A DNA stretch of 64,000 nucleotides from an uncultured Fidelibacterota bacterium (GTDB lineage Bacteria; Fidelibacterota; Marinisomatia; Marinisomatales; UBA1611): NCBI GenBank assembly GCA_902562835.1, contig CACEUX010000003.1, positions 6,991-70,990 of the forward strand, given 5' to 3'. The position numbers were made by a program, and so were the translations under genes. Below the pieces are notes generated by a model, which was given only the letters and a program-made list of their open reading frames with translations, was not told the DNA's origin and made no database searches. Of this stretch, positions 30,265-39,456 are shown one piece after another; the first letter of the stretch is position 1, and the number at the start of each line of letters is the position of its first letter.

Positions 30265-30639
30265 CTAAGCTGAGCCAAGCAGGCTAATATGCTGGCGAAT
30301 GAGTTCATATAGTCTTTTATAATAGAACCTATAATCCATAAAATTATAAATGTTTGGTATCCTATTCTCTAGGGTTCCACGATTGTCATTTAAATAAGAC
30401 CGCATTTAATCATCGCCAAACCCATTTATACTGGCATGCCCACCCCATATTGGATTAAGCTCTATAAATATAGGTTTATTATTCTCTATAAAAAATTCTA
30501 TTGCTCCCAAATTGTAACCAAGCGAAGCAACTGCTTTTAAGATTTCAGGTTCAAGCATAGATATTTTATTCGGCACTTGTTCATTTAGCATTATGAACCT
30601 ATGAATTTCTTTCATTGTCATATCAATATATCGCGTCAT
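30265..30639 (-). pseudogene. Possible remnant of an ATP-grasp enzyme (C-terminal half only, interrupted by an in-frame TAA at 30406-30408)
   Basis: EILKAVASLGYNLGAIEFFIENNKPIFIELNPIWGGH resembles the C-terminal lobe of an ATP-grasp domain. The same frame continues after the TAA with a 46-aa ORF (MRSYLNDNRGTLENRIPNIY...). No N-terminal ATP-grasp half is present. Confidence 0.3.
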
Positions 30640-30664
30640 CAACGATATTAAGCTTGGTGTGATT

Positions 30665-31285
30665 CTATTTTGGTTTAACCTGACGGGTAATTTTAAGATT
30701 ATCTGTGGGTCTAGTATACCAGTTACCAGCAAGTCTTCCTAAAGGCTCAAGTTTATCTAAAAGAATGTATCCATCTTCATAAATATCATCATCAATATGA
30801 AAAAGTACTATTGTACCAAGAACAACAAAGCCACTACCTGCCTTACCATCACCTACTTCTACTATTTGATCTAATTTACATTCTAGATTTATCTTTGATT
30901 CTTTGACCCTTGGAGGCGAGACTTTACTTGAAGATTCTGGCGTTAAGCCAGACACTTGAAATTCATCAATATTTAGATCAAAATCAGTAGAGCATTTCAC
31001 CATTTTTTCAGCAAATGATTCAGAAACTATATTAATTACAAATTCTTGATTATTTCTAATATTTACAAGAGTATCTTTTTCATGTCCATCCCATCCACGA
31101 CGAGCAGGCGCAAACATTATAGTAGGAGGGTTAGAACAAACGCCATTGAAGTATGAAAATGGCGCCACATTATTATTACCATCTTTTGATGTAGTTGATA
31201 CAAGTGCGATAGGCCTAGGCACGATAGAACCGATCATTAATTTATGTATTTCTGAAAAAGGTTTCTCAGTAGGGTCAAAGATCAT
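30665..31285 (-). CDS. Flavin reductase-like FMN-binding domain protein
   Basis: LMIGSIVPRPIALVSTTSKDGNNNVAPFSYFNGVCSNPP is the typical N-terminal region of the Flavin_Reduct domain. Confidence 0.8.
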   Translation of the reverse strand: MIFDPTEKPFSEIHKLMIGSIVPRPIALVSTTSKDGNNNVAPFSYFNGVCSNPPTIMFAPARRGWDGHEKDTLVNIRNNQEFVINIVSESFAEKMVKCSTDFDLNIDEFQVSGLTPESSSKVSPPRVKESKINLECKLDQIVEVGDGKAGSGFVVLGTIVLFHIDDDIYEDGYILLDKLEPLGRLAGNWYTRPTDNLKITRQVKPK

Positions 31286-32436
31286 TTATCTGTCCAGGAA
31301 AAAGGATATTTATCATCATCTATTTCAATGCAGGACCTTGCAATACTTAGAGGTTTGAAAGCATCGATCATCACTGCAACCTCATTAGTTTCACTTGCTC
31401 CAATGGATTCTTCTATTTTCCCAGGCTGTGGTCCATGGGGGAGACCCATAGGGTGATGTGTAATAGACCCTTGTTCTATCCCTCTTCGGCTCATGAATTC
31501 TCCTTCGACATAATATATGATCTCATCAGAATCCACATTACTATGGGCATATGGTGCAGGTATGGATTCAGGATGGTAGTCGAAAAGTCTTGGTACAAAT
31601 GAACAGATAACAAAGCCTCTACCTTGGAACGTTTGGTGTACTGGCGGAGGCTGATGTATCTTCCCAGTTATTGGCATAAAATCATTAATATTAAATATAT
31701 AAGGGAAGTAATAACCATCCCAACCAATCAGGTCAAACGGATGATATTGATAACTATAGGTCTGAATTCCAGCGTTGAGCTTTACTTCTACTTCAATAGA
31801 CGTATCATTAATAGCATCAGAAAATTCGGGTGTAATAATATCTCTTTCTGAAAACGGGGAGTGCTCAAGAAGTTGCCCAAATTCATTGCGATAGCGGTCA
31901 GGGGTTTTGATGGGGCCAAAAGATTCTATAGCAAGTACTCTCATTTCTTCATTTATATCAATTTGCCATATAACACCCCTAGGAATTAGAAGATAATCCC
32001 CCGGCTTAATATGCATATTGCCAAAATTTGATTTAAAAGTACCAGTGCCAGAATGGATGAAAAGGAGTTCATCAGCACATCCGTTCCTATAAAGTGATTT
32101 CATTGATTCTGTCACGTGTGATTTAGATATAATAATATCTGAATTGTGAAGGAGTGGTATTCTTGACGATACTAGGTCTCCAGTTGAATTCAATTCAGCT
32201 GTTTTTATATGTCTGTGTCTGTGCGCTTCATCTAATGAGGCAATTTTAAATTTATTCATTTTTCCTACAGCTTCAATGCCAGTAGGAGGGTTGAGGTGGT
32301 AAACATTAGAATATATGTTACTAAAACCTTCTCTACTAATCAGCTCTTCCCAATATAAGTTTTTTTTACTATCTCGAAACTGAATGTGTCGTTTATTTGG
32401 AATCTCACCACGTTTTTGATAAAAAGGCATACTCAA
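31282..32436 (-). CDS. hmgA: Homogentisate 1,2-dioxygenase (short ~385-aa type)
   Basis: FYQKRGEIPNKRHIQFRD..., a cupin core and a C-terminal HPMGLPHGPQPG. It sits in an operon with hppD. Confidence 0.9.
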   Translation of the reverse strand: MSMPFYQKRGEIPNKRHIQFRDSKKNLYWEELISREGFSNIYSNVYHLNPPTGIEAVGKMNKFKIASLDEAHRHRHIKTAELNSTGDLVSSRIPLLHNSDIIISKSHVTESMKSLYRNGCADELLFIHSGTGTFKSNFGNMHIKPGDYLLIPRGVIWQIDINEEMRVLAIESFGPIKTPDRYRNEFGQLLEHSPFSERDIITPEFSDAINDTSIEVEVKLNAGIQTYSYQYHPFDLIGWDGYYFPYIFNINDFMPITGKIHQPPPVHQTFQGRGFVICSFVPRLFDYHPESIPAPYAHSNVDSDEIIYYVEGEFMSRRGIEQGSITHHPMGLPHGPQPGKIEESIGASETNEVAVMIDAFKPLSIARSCIEIDDDKYPFSWTDK

Positions 32437-33423
32437 TTATACTATTTTGTTTTCTAAAATACCCATTTGTTCTATTTCCATTTTAACCACATCGCCTTTC
32501 TTTATCCAGCCACCTGTATTTTCTGGTCTCAATTCTAAAATACAGCCTGTTCCAACCGTTCCAGAGCCAAAGTAGTCACCTGGAAGGAGCTTGGTATTCA
32601 TGGATGCACGCTCTATCATTTTACCAAATGAGTGGTAAAGATCATTTGTATTACCATCTGATATAAGCTTGCCATTAACGTGGCAGGTCATTCGTAAATG
32701 TAGCTTTCCATTTTCATCCCAATCATTTTCGAGTTCATCTGGTGTAACCATATATGGGCCAAAACTTGTTGCAAAATCCTTACCTTTTGCAGGCCCTAAA
32801 TTCATTGCCATTTCTTCTCTTTGCAGATCTCTTGCAGACCAATCATTGCAAATGGTATAGCCCCCAATAAAGTTTTTAGCATTATCAATAGAAATATTTG
32901 AACCACCATTAGCGATTATTATTGCGAACTCCAATTCAAAGTCTAATTCGTCGGTCCCTATAGGATATGGTATTTCAGCTTTATCTCCATATAACGCCAC
33001 GGGATTTGAAAAATAGAAAATAGGAATTTTGAACCAATCTGGGTGCATATCTAAACCGCGTAGTTTTCTTGCAGAGCGTACATGTTGTTCAAAAGCATAA
33101 AAATCTCTAAACGATCGTGGATTTGTAACAGGCGGTAATAACTTGACATTTGTTTCTAAAGTAGCTACTTGAAATTCACCTTCAGAAACCGAAAGTAAAT
33201 CATGATTGGATAGGGCCCCATCAAGTTCCTTTATTTTATCAAAATTGGCCGTCCAATCTTTAAGTGCTTCCTTCAAAGATGAAGGTATGTCTAAGAATCT
33301 CGAATCGTTCTTTGATTGATGAATCCAATTACTTGCATATACTATATCAATGATTTGATCATTTTTTTTAAACCCAAACCTAGGTTCAGAATTATTGTCG
33401 TATTGAAAGGTCACAAATCTCAT
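32437..33423 (-). CDS. Fumarylacetoacetate hydrolase (FAH) family protein, short form
   Basis: FAH-fold motifs are present (ELEFAIII, ICNDWSARDLQ, GPAKGKDF, GDYFGSGTVG). At 328 aa it is the FAHD-like type, not the ~430-aa FahA type. Confidence 0.8.
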   Translation of the reverse strand: MRFVTFQYDNNSEPRFGFKKNDQIIDIVYASNWIHQSKNDSRFLDIPSSLKEALKDWTANFDKIKELDGALSNHDLLSVSEGEFQVATLETNVKLLPPVTNPRSFRDFYAFEQHVRSARKLRGLDMHPDWFKIPIFYFSNPVALYGDKAEIPYPIGTDELDFELEFAIIIANGGSNISIDNAKNFIGGYTICNDWSARDLQREEMAMNLGPAKGKDFATSFGPYMVTPDELENDWDENGKLHLRMTCHVNGKLISDGNTNDLYHSFGKMIERASMNTKLLPGDYFGSGTVGTGCILELRPENTGGWIKKGDVVKMEIEQMGILENKIV

Positions 33424-34518
33424 TTATAGGTTTCCTCTTTTTTGTTGCTCACTCTCGATCGATTCAAATAGCGCTTTAAAGTTGCCCTTACCAAAGCTAT
33501 TTGATCCTTTTCTTTGTATTATTTCGAAGAAAAGAGTTGGCCTATCCTGAAGGGGTTTTGTAAAAATTTGAAGCATATAGCCATTTTCATCAACATCAAC
33601 AAGTATTCCAAGATCTGCTAAAATTTCAATATTTTCATCAATATTACCGATTCGGTCAGAAAGATTTTCATAATAAGATTGAGGCGTTGGAAGAAAGTCG
33701 ACACCCTTTTTACGCATTACCTTGACTGTACTAATGATATCTTTCGTAGATAGAGCTAAATGCTGAATACCGGCAGTTTCATAGTAATCAATGAACTCCT
33801 GAATTTGTGATTTTTTCAATCCTTCAGCTGGCTCATTAATAGGCATCTTTACTATCTCATTATCATTTGCCATCACAATAGAACGAAGAGCAGAATATTC
33901 TGTGGAAATATCTTTATCATCAACGGTCCAAAACCTATGCCATCCAAAAACCTTTTCATAGAAATCACAAACACTGTTCATTTCACCATCTGGTTGATTT
34001 CCAACGATATGATCAATGTGTACTAATCCGGTCTTGTTTAAATTTTCTTTATAATCAATGGCCTTAAACCCTGGTAAAAAAGAACCACTATAATTTTTTC
34101 GTTCCACGAATGTATGTATTGTATCACCAAAGGTTTTAATCGCTGAAAGAACCGTTTCGCCATTTTCATCCTTAATCTCTTTGGGCTCCATAGCACTTTC
34201 TGCTCCCCGCTCAATTGATGTCTTCCAAGCTTTGTGAGAATCATTCACAGTAAATGCCACGTCCTTAATACCATCTCCATGACGGTCAATATGTTGACCG
34301 ATCTCAGTATTTTTTTCTAATGGTGATGTAATCACTAGATTAATATGGTCTTGATTAAGAACATAACTTACTTTGTCACGAATACCAGTTTCTAGGCCCC
34401 GGTATGCAACCGGTTTAAAACCCATAGTACTTTGATAGTAATAAGCTGTCTGTTTTGCATTCCCTACGTAAAGCTCGCAATGGTCAAAGCCCTCAATAGA
34501 ATATGGGATATCATTCAT
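33424..34518 (-). CDS. hppD: 4-hydroxyphenylpyruvate dioxygenase
   Basis: Full-length collinearity with HPPD: HIDHIVGN, SALRSIVMAN, INEPA...SQIQEF, GIQHLAL, LLQIFT and FFEIIQRKG...FGKGNFKALFESIE. Confidence 0.95.
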   Translation of the reverse strand: MNDIPYSIEGFDHCELYVGNAKQTAYYYQSTMGFKPVAYRGLETGIRDKVSYVLNQDHINLVITSPLEKNTEIGQHIDRHGDGIKDVAFTVNDSHKAWKTSIERGAESAMEPKEIKDENGETVLSAIKTFGDTIHTFVERKNYSGSFLPGFKAIDYKENLNKTGLVHIDHIVGNQPDGEMNSVCDFYEKVFGWHRFWTVDDKDISTEYSALRSIVMANDNEIVKMPINEPAEGLKKSQIQEFIDYYETAGIQHLALSTKDIISTVKVMRKKGVDFLPTPQSYYENLSDRIGNIDENIEILADLGILVDVDENGYMLQIFTKPLQDRPTLFFEIIQRKGSNSFGKGNFKALFESIESEQQKRGNL

Positions 34519-35600
34519 AAAACTGTCTTTAAGGATTCAATAAACCTATTGTTTTCTTCTTCTGTCCCTATTGAAATACGTATGCAATTTGGCCATCCAA
34601 ATGAGGAAAGTTGTCTTATAATCACACCTAGCGCCAATAAACTTTTTGATAATTTATGTGATTGTTCTTCTGATTCCCATACAGTTGTGATGAAATTTGC
34701 TGCTGAAGGTATATGCTCCACTCCTAATATATTTAACTCTTGTTTAAAGAATTTCATTCCTTGTTTGTTAGCTTCGATCGTTTTAAGTAAAAATTCTGAA
34801 TCATCTAAAGCGGCAATCCCTGCTACTTGTGCTGTAAATGAGGGCTCAAAAGGGACCTTGACCTTAAGCAGGTTAGATATCAATTCATCATGTGCTAGTC
34901 CATATCCAATACGTACGCCACCAAGCCCAAATGCTTTTGAAAAACTACGTAATGTGATTACGTTATCATATCTATAGGTCATGGAGTCAGGGTAATCATC
35001 TATCTCATCTGCAAACTCAAAATAGGCCTCATCTAAAATAATTAATACCCTCTCAGGAACATATCGATAGAATTGATCAAATTCTTTTCTGGTTACATAA
35101 GTCCCCATTGGATTATCAGGGTTTGCTATATAAATGATCTTGGTATAGTCTGTTATCTTGGTCGCCATCATTTCTAGATTATATCGATATTTTTTCATGG
35201 GGACCCAATGAATCCTTTTTCCAGACGCATTTGCTAATACACGGAAACCTATAAATGAATTTTTAGCACTTACCAATTCATCATCACTCAGTAAGAATGT
35301 TCGCATAATAGTAGACATTATTCCTTCCGAGCCTGCGCCTAAAACTACGTTATCTACTTTTACTTTGAACCTATCAGCAAGTTTTTTTCGTAATTCATAT
35401 CCAGAGGCATCTGGATAACGATGTATGTTTTCCAAAGAATCCTTTATAGCTTGGATAGCTTTTGGAGATGCACCAAGTGGATTTTCATTAGAAGCTAGTT
35501 TAATAATATCTTTTATACCGGTTTCTCTACTAGCTTCAATAATAGGTTTGCCAGGACTATAGTTTTTTAATTTTTTGATATATGAAGGAACTAGTGGCAC
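34515..35600 (-). CDS. Class I/II PLP aminotransferase (HisC-like; probably the aromatic/tyrosine aminotransferase of this operon)
   Basis: LASNENPLG, IANPDNPMG and the PLP-lysine motif RSFSKAFGLGGVRIGY. A 4-nt overlap links it to hppD. Confidence 0.85.
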   Translation of the reverse strand: MPLVPSYIKKLKNYSPGKPIIEASRETGIKDIIKLASNENPLGASPKAIQAIKDSLENIHRYPDASGYELRKKLADRFKVKVDNVVLGAGSEGIMSTIMRTFLLSDDELVSAKNSFIGFRVLANASGKRIHWVPMKKYRYNLEMMATKITDYTKIIYIANPDNPMGTYVTRKEFDQFYRYVPERVLIILDEAYFEFADEIDDYPDSMTYRYDNVITLRSFSKAFGLGGVRIGYGLAHDELISNLLKVKVPFEPSFTAQVAGIAALDDSEFLLKTIEANKQGMKFFKQELNILGVEHIPSAANFITTVWESEEQSHKLSKSLLALGVIIRQLSSFGWPNCIRISIGTEEENNRFIESLKTVL

Positions 35601-35689
35601 TAGAAATAATTAGATATTTATAACATTAAACTTACAAATAATTATACATTAACAGATGATAGATGAATATCTTATAATTAAAATAGTTT

Positions 35690-36397
35690 ATGATTATTGA
35701 AGGACCCTTAATAAATGCGACTTTCATGGAAAGGCCCAATAGGTTTATAACTATAATCGAAATAAATGGAGAGTTGCATCGGAGTCATTTACCTGACCCC
35801 GGTAGATTAAAAGAATTATTAACGCCTAATGCTAATTTATTGGTTAGGCCGGCTCCAGAAGCCTCTGATCGAAAAACCTCATTTTCTACTGTAATGGTTG
35901 AGCATAAAGGGCAGCTTATTTCTCTGGTTTCGACTCTACCAAATAAGTTCATTGATTATGCTCTAAAAAATAATAAGATTCCATTTCTTAGACCCTATAC
36001 CCTCATTCGTCCAGAGATTAATGTAAAAAATCACCGATTCGACTTTTTATTAAATGATAATAAAGCAAATGAGTTTTACTTGGAGGTAAAGTCGGTTACT
36101 TTGGTTGTAAATGGTATAGCAAAATTTCCAGATGCAATTACAAGACGCGGAATGAATCATGCCAATGCTCTGATGAATTTAGTCAGAAAAGGATTCCAAG
36201 CAGGAATATTATTTGTTTGTCAAAGACCGGATGCTACATCATTTTCCCCTATGTGGGAAAGAGATCCAAAGTTTGCAATGGCTTTGAGTGATGCATACAA
36301 GGCGGGTGTTAAAGTTTGGTGTATTACATTGAATATTTCGAAAACAGAAATATCATTTAAACAACAGATTCCTGTAAATTTAGAGAGAGGTCAATAG
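35690..36397 (+). CDS. sfsA: Sugar fermentation stimulation protein A homologue (DNA-binding/nuclease-like)
   Basis: ERPNRFITIIEINGELHRSHLPDPGRLKELL, RFDFLL, YLEVKSVTL and RRG..H. Typical SfsA, 235 aa. Confidence 0.85.
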   Translation: MIIEGPLINATFMERPNRFITIIEINGELHRSHLPDPGRLKELLTPNANLLVRPAPEASDRKTSFSTVMVEHKGQLISLVSTLPNKFIDYALKNNKIPFLRPYTLIRPEINVKNHRFDFLLNDNKANEFYLEVKSVTLVVNGIAKFPDAITRRGMNHANALMNLVRKGFQAGILFVCQRPDATSFSPMWERDPKFAMALSDAYKAGVKVWCITLNISKTEISFKQQIPVNLERGQ

Positions 36398-36401
36398 ATA
36401 A

Positions 36402-38060
36402 TTGAGTTTATCCAATAATTCTATAAATCATTTTTTATACCTAGCAGCTGTTATTTTATTGTTGTCTTGTGCTGCAGTGATGGCACCGCCGGGCGGTCCT
36501 AAAGATATAACACCTCCAGAGCTAATTGAAACATCTCCACCAGATGGCACTGTGAATTATGTAGGTAATCAGATCGCATTAGAATTCTCAGAATATATAG
36601 ATGAGAGAAGCATACAGCGAGCGATTCATATACTACCTACTCTTCCAACAAAACCGGAATTAATATATAAAGGTAAAAGAGTTTATATTAATCTTCTTGA
36701 CTCGTTACTTGAAAACCAGACATATATAGTTGTGATCAATCGAAACTTATCTGATGAGAATAAGGTAAAGCTCTCTCAAGGTATTCAGGTGGCTTTTTCT
36801 ACTGGTGATCAAATTGACCAGGGATCTATTTCAGGGCAAATATATTATTCAAAATCCTCAACAGCCCATCTTTGGAAAATAAAAGATCAGTCTGATTCTT
36901 TGGGGTTCTATAATAGGATACCAGATTATGCGATCGATGCTTCAGATGATGGCTATTATGAATTTAAGTTTCTTTCTCCAGGTAAATACAGAATTGCAGC
37001 TGTAGATCAAATGTTATCAGGATCAATTATAGTACCAAAAAGAATGATATATGGGTTAAGCTGGTTAGATGTAGTTGAACTAAAAGAACAAGAAAAATTA
37101 GACAATATTAATATTCGTATTCCAGATCATGTGGGTGCAATAGAAATGACCAATGCAGAGTTTGTTAAAGGCTCTTGGGGTAAGGTTACTTTTTCACAAA
37201 AGATAAGTCAGTATGCAGAAGACTTATTTTTATCCATTATGAATCAAGATTCATCAAACTACAATATAAAGCTTTTTAATGATCCACTTGATGAGACGAA
37301 GCTAAACTTTACTCTAGATAAACAAAGCGGTGGTTATATTTCTGTAATGACACCAGGAATTATCGAAGGCGAGACAGTGATAATTGATTCTGGACTGATA
37401 AAAATAAAAATGGACACAACTCAGGACACCTCCAATATTAATATATTACAACCAAACTCTAAATATGTTCTTGATATTGAATCAGAGAATATTGTGCCAC
37501 TCAAGGTTGTTTTCTCAAGTTTGGTTGAATCAAATTTAATCACACTTTTAGAAGATTCTATTTCTGTACCAGTTGTGACAGAGCTAGAATCGCCGGTCGC
37601 AGTCAATCTTATTCCAGTAGAGAATTGGAAACCCAGTTCTACATATACTATCAACATAGAAAAAAGTATGTTAATTCCTTTATATGGTAGAGGTCTAAAA
37701 GACTCATTGAAGACTATAAAGTTCAAAACATCAGAATATAAAGGATTTGGGAAACTTACAATTTTTACCAATAAAGATAGCTCTAAGGACCTTGTAGCTA
37801 AATTGACAAAAATGGAAAGCGATCACTCTATTTTTGGAATTTTAGTAAATTCGGAAGGTATTTTTAATATTGAGCGCTTACCTGAGGGAAATTATTCATT
37901 ACTCTTTTTTAAAGATTCAGATAACAATGAAAAATATTCATCAGGTAATATTTCTCCATACAAATCAGCAGAGTGGTTCTATGATTATCCAGACACAGTT
38001 AAGATACGGGCCAATTGGGAATTAGAACTTGATACAATAATAATGGGTAATAATTTTTAA
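36402..38060 (+). CDS. Ig-like (Big_5/SbsA-type) domain lipoprotein
   Basis: Lipoprotein signal (LLLSCAA). APPGGPKDITPPELIETSPPDGTVNY is typical of FCB-group Ig-like-domain lipoproteins. The start is TTG. Confidence 0.6.
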   Translation: MSLSNNSINHFLYLAAVILLLSCAAVMAPPGGPKDITPPELIETSPPDGTVNYVGNQIALEFSEYIDERSIQRAIHILPTLPTKPELIYKGKRVYINLLDSLLENQTYIVVINRNLSDENKVKLSQGIQVAFSTGDQIDQGSISGQIYYSKSSTAHLWKIKDQSDSLGFYNRIPDYAIDASDDGYYEFKFLSPGKYRIAAVDQMLSGSIIVPKRMIYGLSWLDVVELKEQEKLDNINIRIPDHVGAIEMTNAEFVKGSWGKVTFSQKISQYAEDLFLSIMNQDSSNYNIKLFNDPLDETKLNFTLDKQSGGYISVMTPGIIEGETVIIDSGLIKIKMDTTQDTSNINILQPNSKYVLDIESENIVPLKVVFSSLVESNLITLLEDSISVPVVTELESPVAVNLIPVENWKPSSTYTINIEKSMLIPLYGRGLKDSLKTIKFKTSEYKGFGKLTIFTNKDSSKDLVAKLTKMESDHSIFGILVNSEGIFNIERLPEGNYSLLFFKDSDNNEKYSSGNISPYKSAEWFYDYPDTVKIRANWELELDTIIMGNNF

Positions 38061-38061
38061 T

Positions 38062-39120
38062 ATGAAATGCGTAATTCTAGCAGGGGGTAGTGGAACCCGG
38101 TTTTGGCCTTATAGTAGATATAGTAATCCAAAACAGTTTTTAAATATTATCGGTGATAAATCTATGTTGCAAATGACCATAGAACGCCTAGAAAAAATCA
38201 AAAAAATAACTGACATTTATATTGTAACCCGTGAAGATCTTTATGATCGCATCATCAAAGAAGTAGTTGGTATCGATAAAAATAAAGTAATAGTAGAACC
38301 ATCAGGTAAAAATACGGCGCCTGCAATTGGAATGATGGGAGCTTACTTTGCAATGGAAGACACTGATGATATAATGGGTGTTTTTCCTGCGGATCATTTT
38401 ATAGTTGGACATCGGAAGTTTGAAAAAGCAATCAACACAGCATACCACCTTGCAAAAAAAGGCAAAAATCTTGTTACTATTGGTATTAAACCAAATCATC
38501 CCTCCACTGCATATGGTTATATACAATATGACGAAAAAAGTGAGCAGGACCATATTGATGCTTATCATGTAAAGACCTTTGCTGAAAAACCGCATAAAAA
38601 ACTGGCTGAGCGTTTTGTTGCAAGTGGTGATTTTATGTGGAATGCAGGTATGTTTTTTTGGAGAGTTGGGACATTCATGGATAGTCTTGAAAAGCATATT
38701 CCTGACCTCGTTGAATCGTTAACCAAGATAGCTACCAAGATTCATTCTGGGAGATCTTTTGATGATCTCTGGGAGTTTATTGATCCAATATCAATTGACT
38801 ATGGGCTTTTAGAAAAGGCTAAAAATATTTATGTAATATCCGGTGAATTCAAGTGGAATGATATTGGTTCATGGAATGCACTTTATCGTATATTGAGTTC
38901 CGATAAGAATGGTAATGTTATTATGGGTAATGGCAAGGTAATGGATGCAGGCAATAACCTTATCCATTCAAATGACAGATTTACAGCTATTATGGGCCTG
39001 GATGATGTGGTCGTTGTGAATACTGATGATGCTACTCTAGTAATGCACAAAGATAAAGTAGAAGAGGTCAAAGATCTTGTAGAATTCTTAAAAGCAAATG
39101 GACAAAAACAATTAACATAA
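38062..39120 (+). CDS. manC: Mannose-1-phosphate guanylyltransferase (short, nucleotidyltransferase-only form)
   Basis: ILAGGSGTRFWPYSR...PKQFL, the FPADH motif and FAEKP. 352 aa. Confidence 0.85.
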   Translation: MKCVILAGGSGTRFWPYSRYSNPKQFLNIIGDKSMLQMTIERLEKIKKITDIYIVTREDLYDRIIKEVVGIDKNKVIVEPSGKNTAPAIGMMGAYFAMEDTDDIMGVFPADHFIVGHRKFEKAINTAYHLAKKGKNLVTIGIKPNHPSTAYGYIQYDEKSEQDHIDAYHVKTFAEKPHKKLAERFVASGDFMWNAGMFFWRVGTFMDSLEKHIPDLVESLTKIATKIHSGRSFDDLWEFIDPISIDYGLLEKAKNIYVISGEFKWNDIGSWNALYRILSSDKNGNVIMGNGKVMDAGNNLIHSNDRFTAIMGLDDVVVVNTDDATLVMHKDKVEEVKDLVEFLKANGQKQLT

Positions 39121-39380
39121 TGAGAAACGAAAAATTATATGCTGAGTTTGAAGAACTTGCACAACGTTTAGGTCTTAAAATATTAAAAGGCAAAGGAGAT
39201 TTTTCAGGAGGGACATGTACTGTTAATGATAAAACCGTTATTGTTGTCAATAAAATGAAACCTATTGAGCAGCGCTTAAGGACTCTTGCGATTAGTTTCT
39301 TGGAGTTCGATTTAAATGAAATATATATGGTCCCCGCTCTTAGAGCATATATAGAAGAGTCTAGATCGCTAGGATTTTAA
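39120..39380 (+). CDS. Hypothetical 86-aa protein
   Basis: Its ATG overlaps the manC stop (TAATG). No motif recognised. Confidence 0.4.
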   Translation: MRNEKLYAEFEELAQRLGLKILKGKGDFSGGTCTVNDKTVIVVNKMKPIEQRLRTLAISFLEFDLNEIYMVPALRAYIEESRSLGF

Positions 39381-39456
39381 TTTTCTTGATTTTCCTCATC
39401 TGAGTGTTTACAATCACCACCCTTTCATCTATAATTATTCGATTTGAGGATATAAT

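Noticed and set aside
30406-30408. Possibility that the in-frame TAA between the two ATP-grasp-like ORF pieces is recoded (read-through or an alternative genetic code).
   Set aside because: TAA is used as an ordinary stop by many well-supported genes in this window (for example EF-G, mutM and the MFS gene), and there is no evidence of stop-codon reassignment. Gene decay is the simpler reading.
34432-34977. 181-aa plus-strand ORF spanning the hppD/aminotransferase junction.
   Set aside because: It is antisense to two genes with unambiguous family motifs (the HPPD N terminus and the aminotransferase C terminus with its PLP-lysine region). Its own product is low-complexity with no motif.
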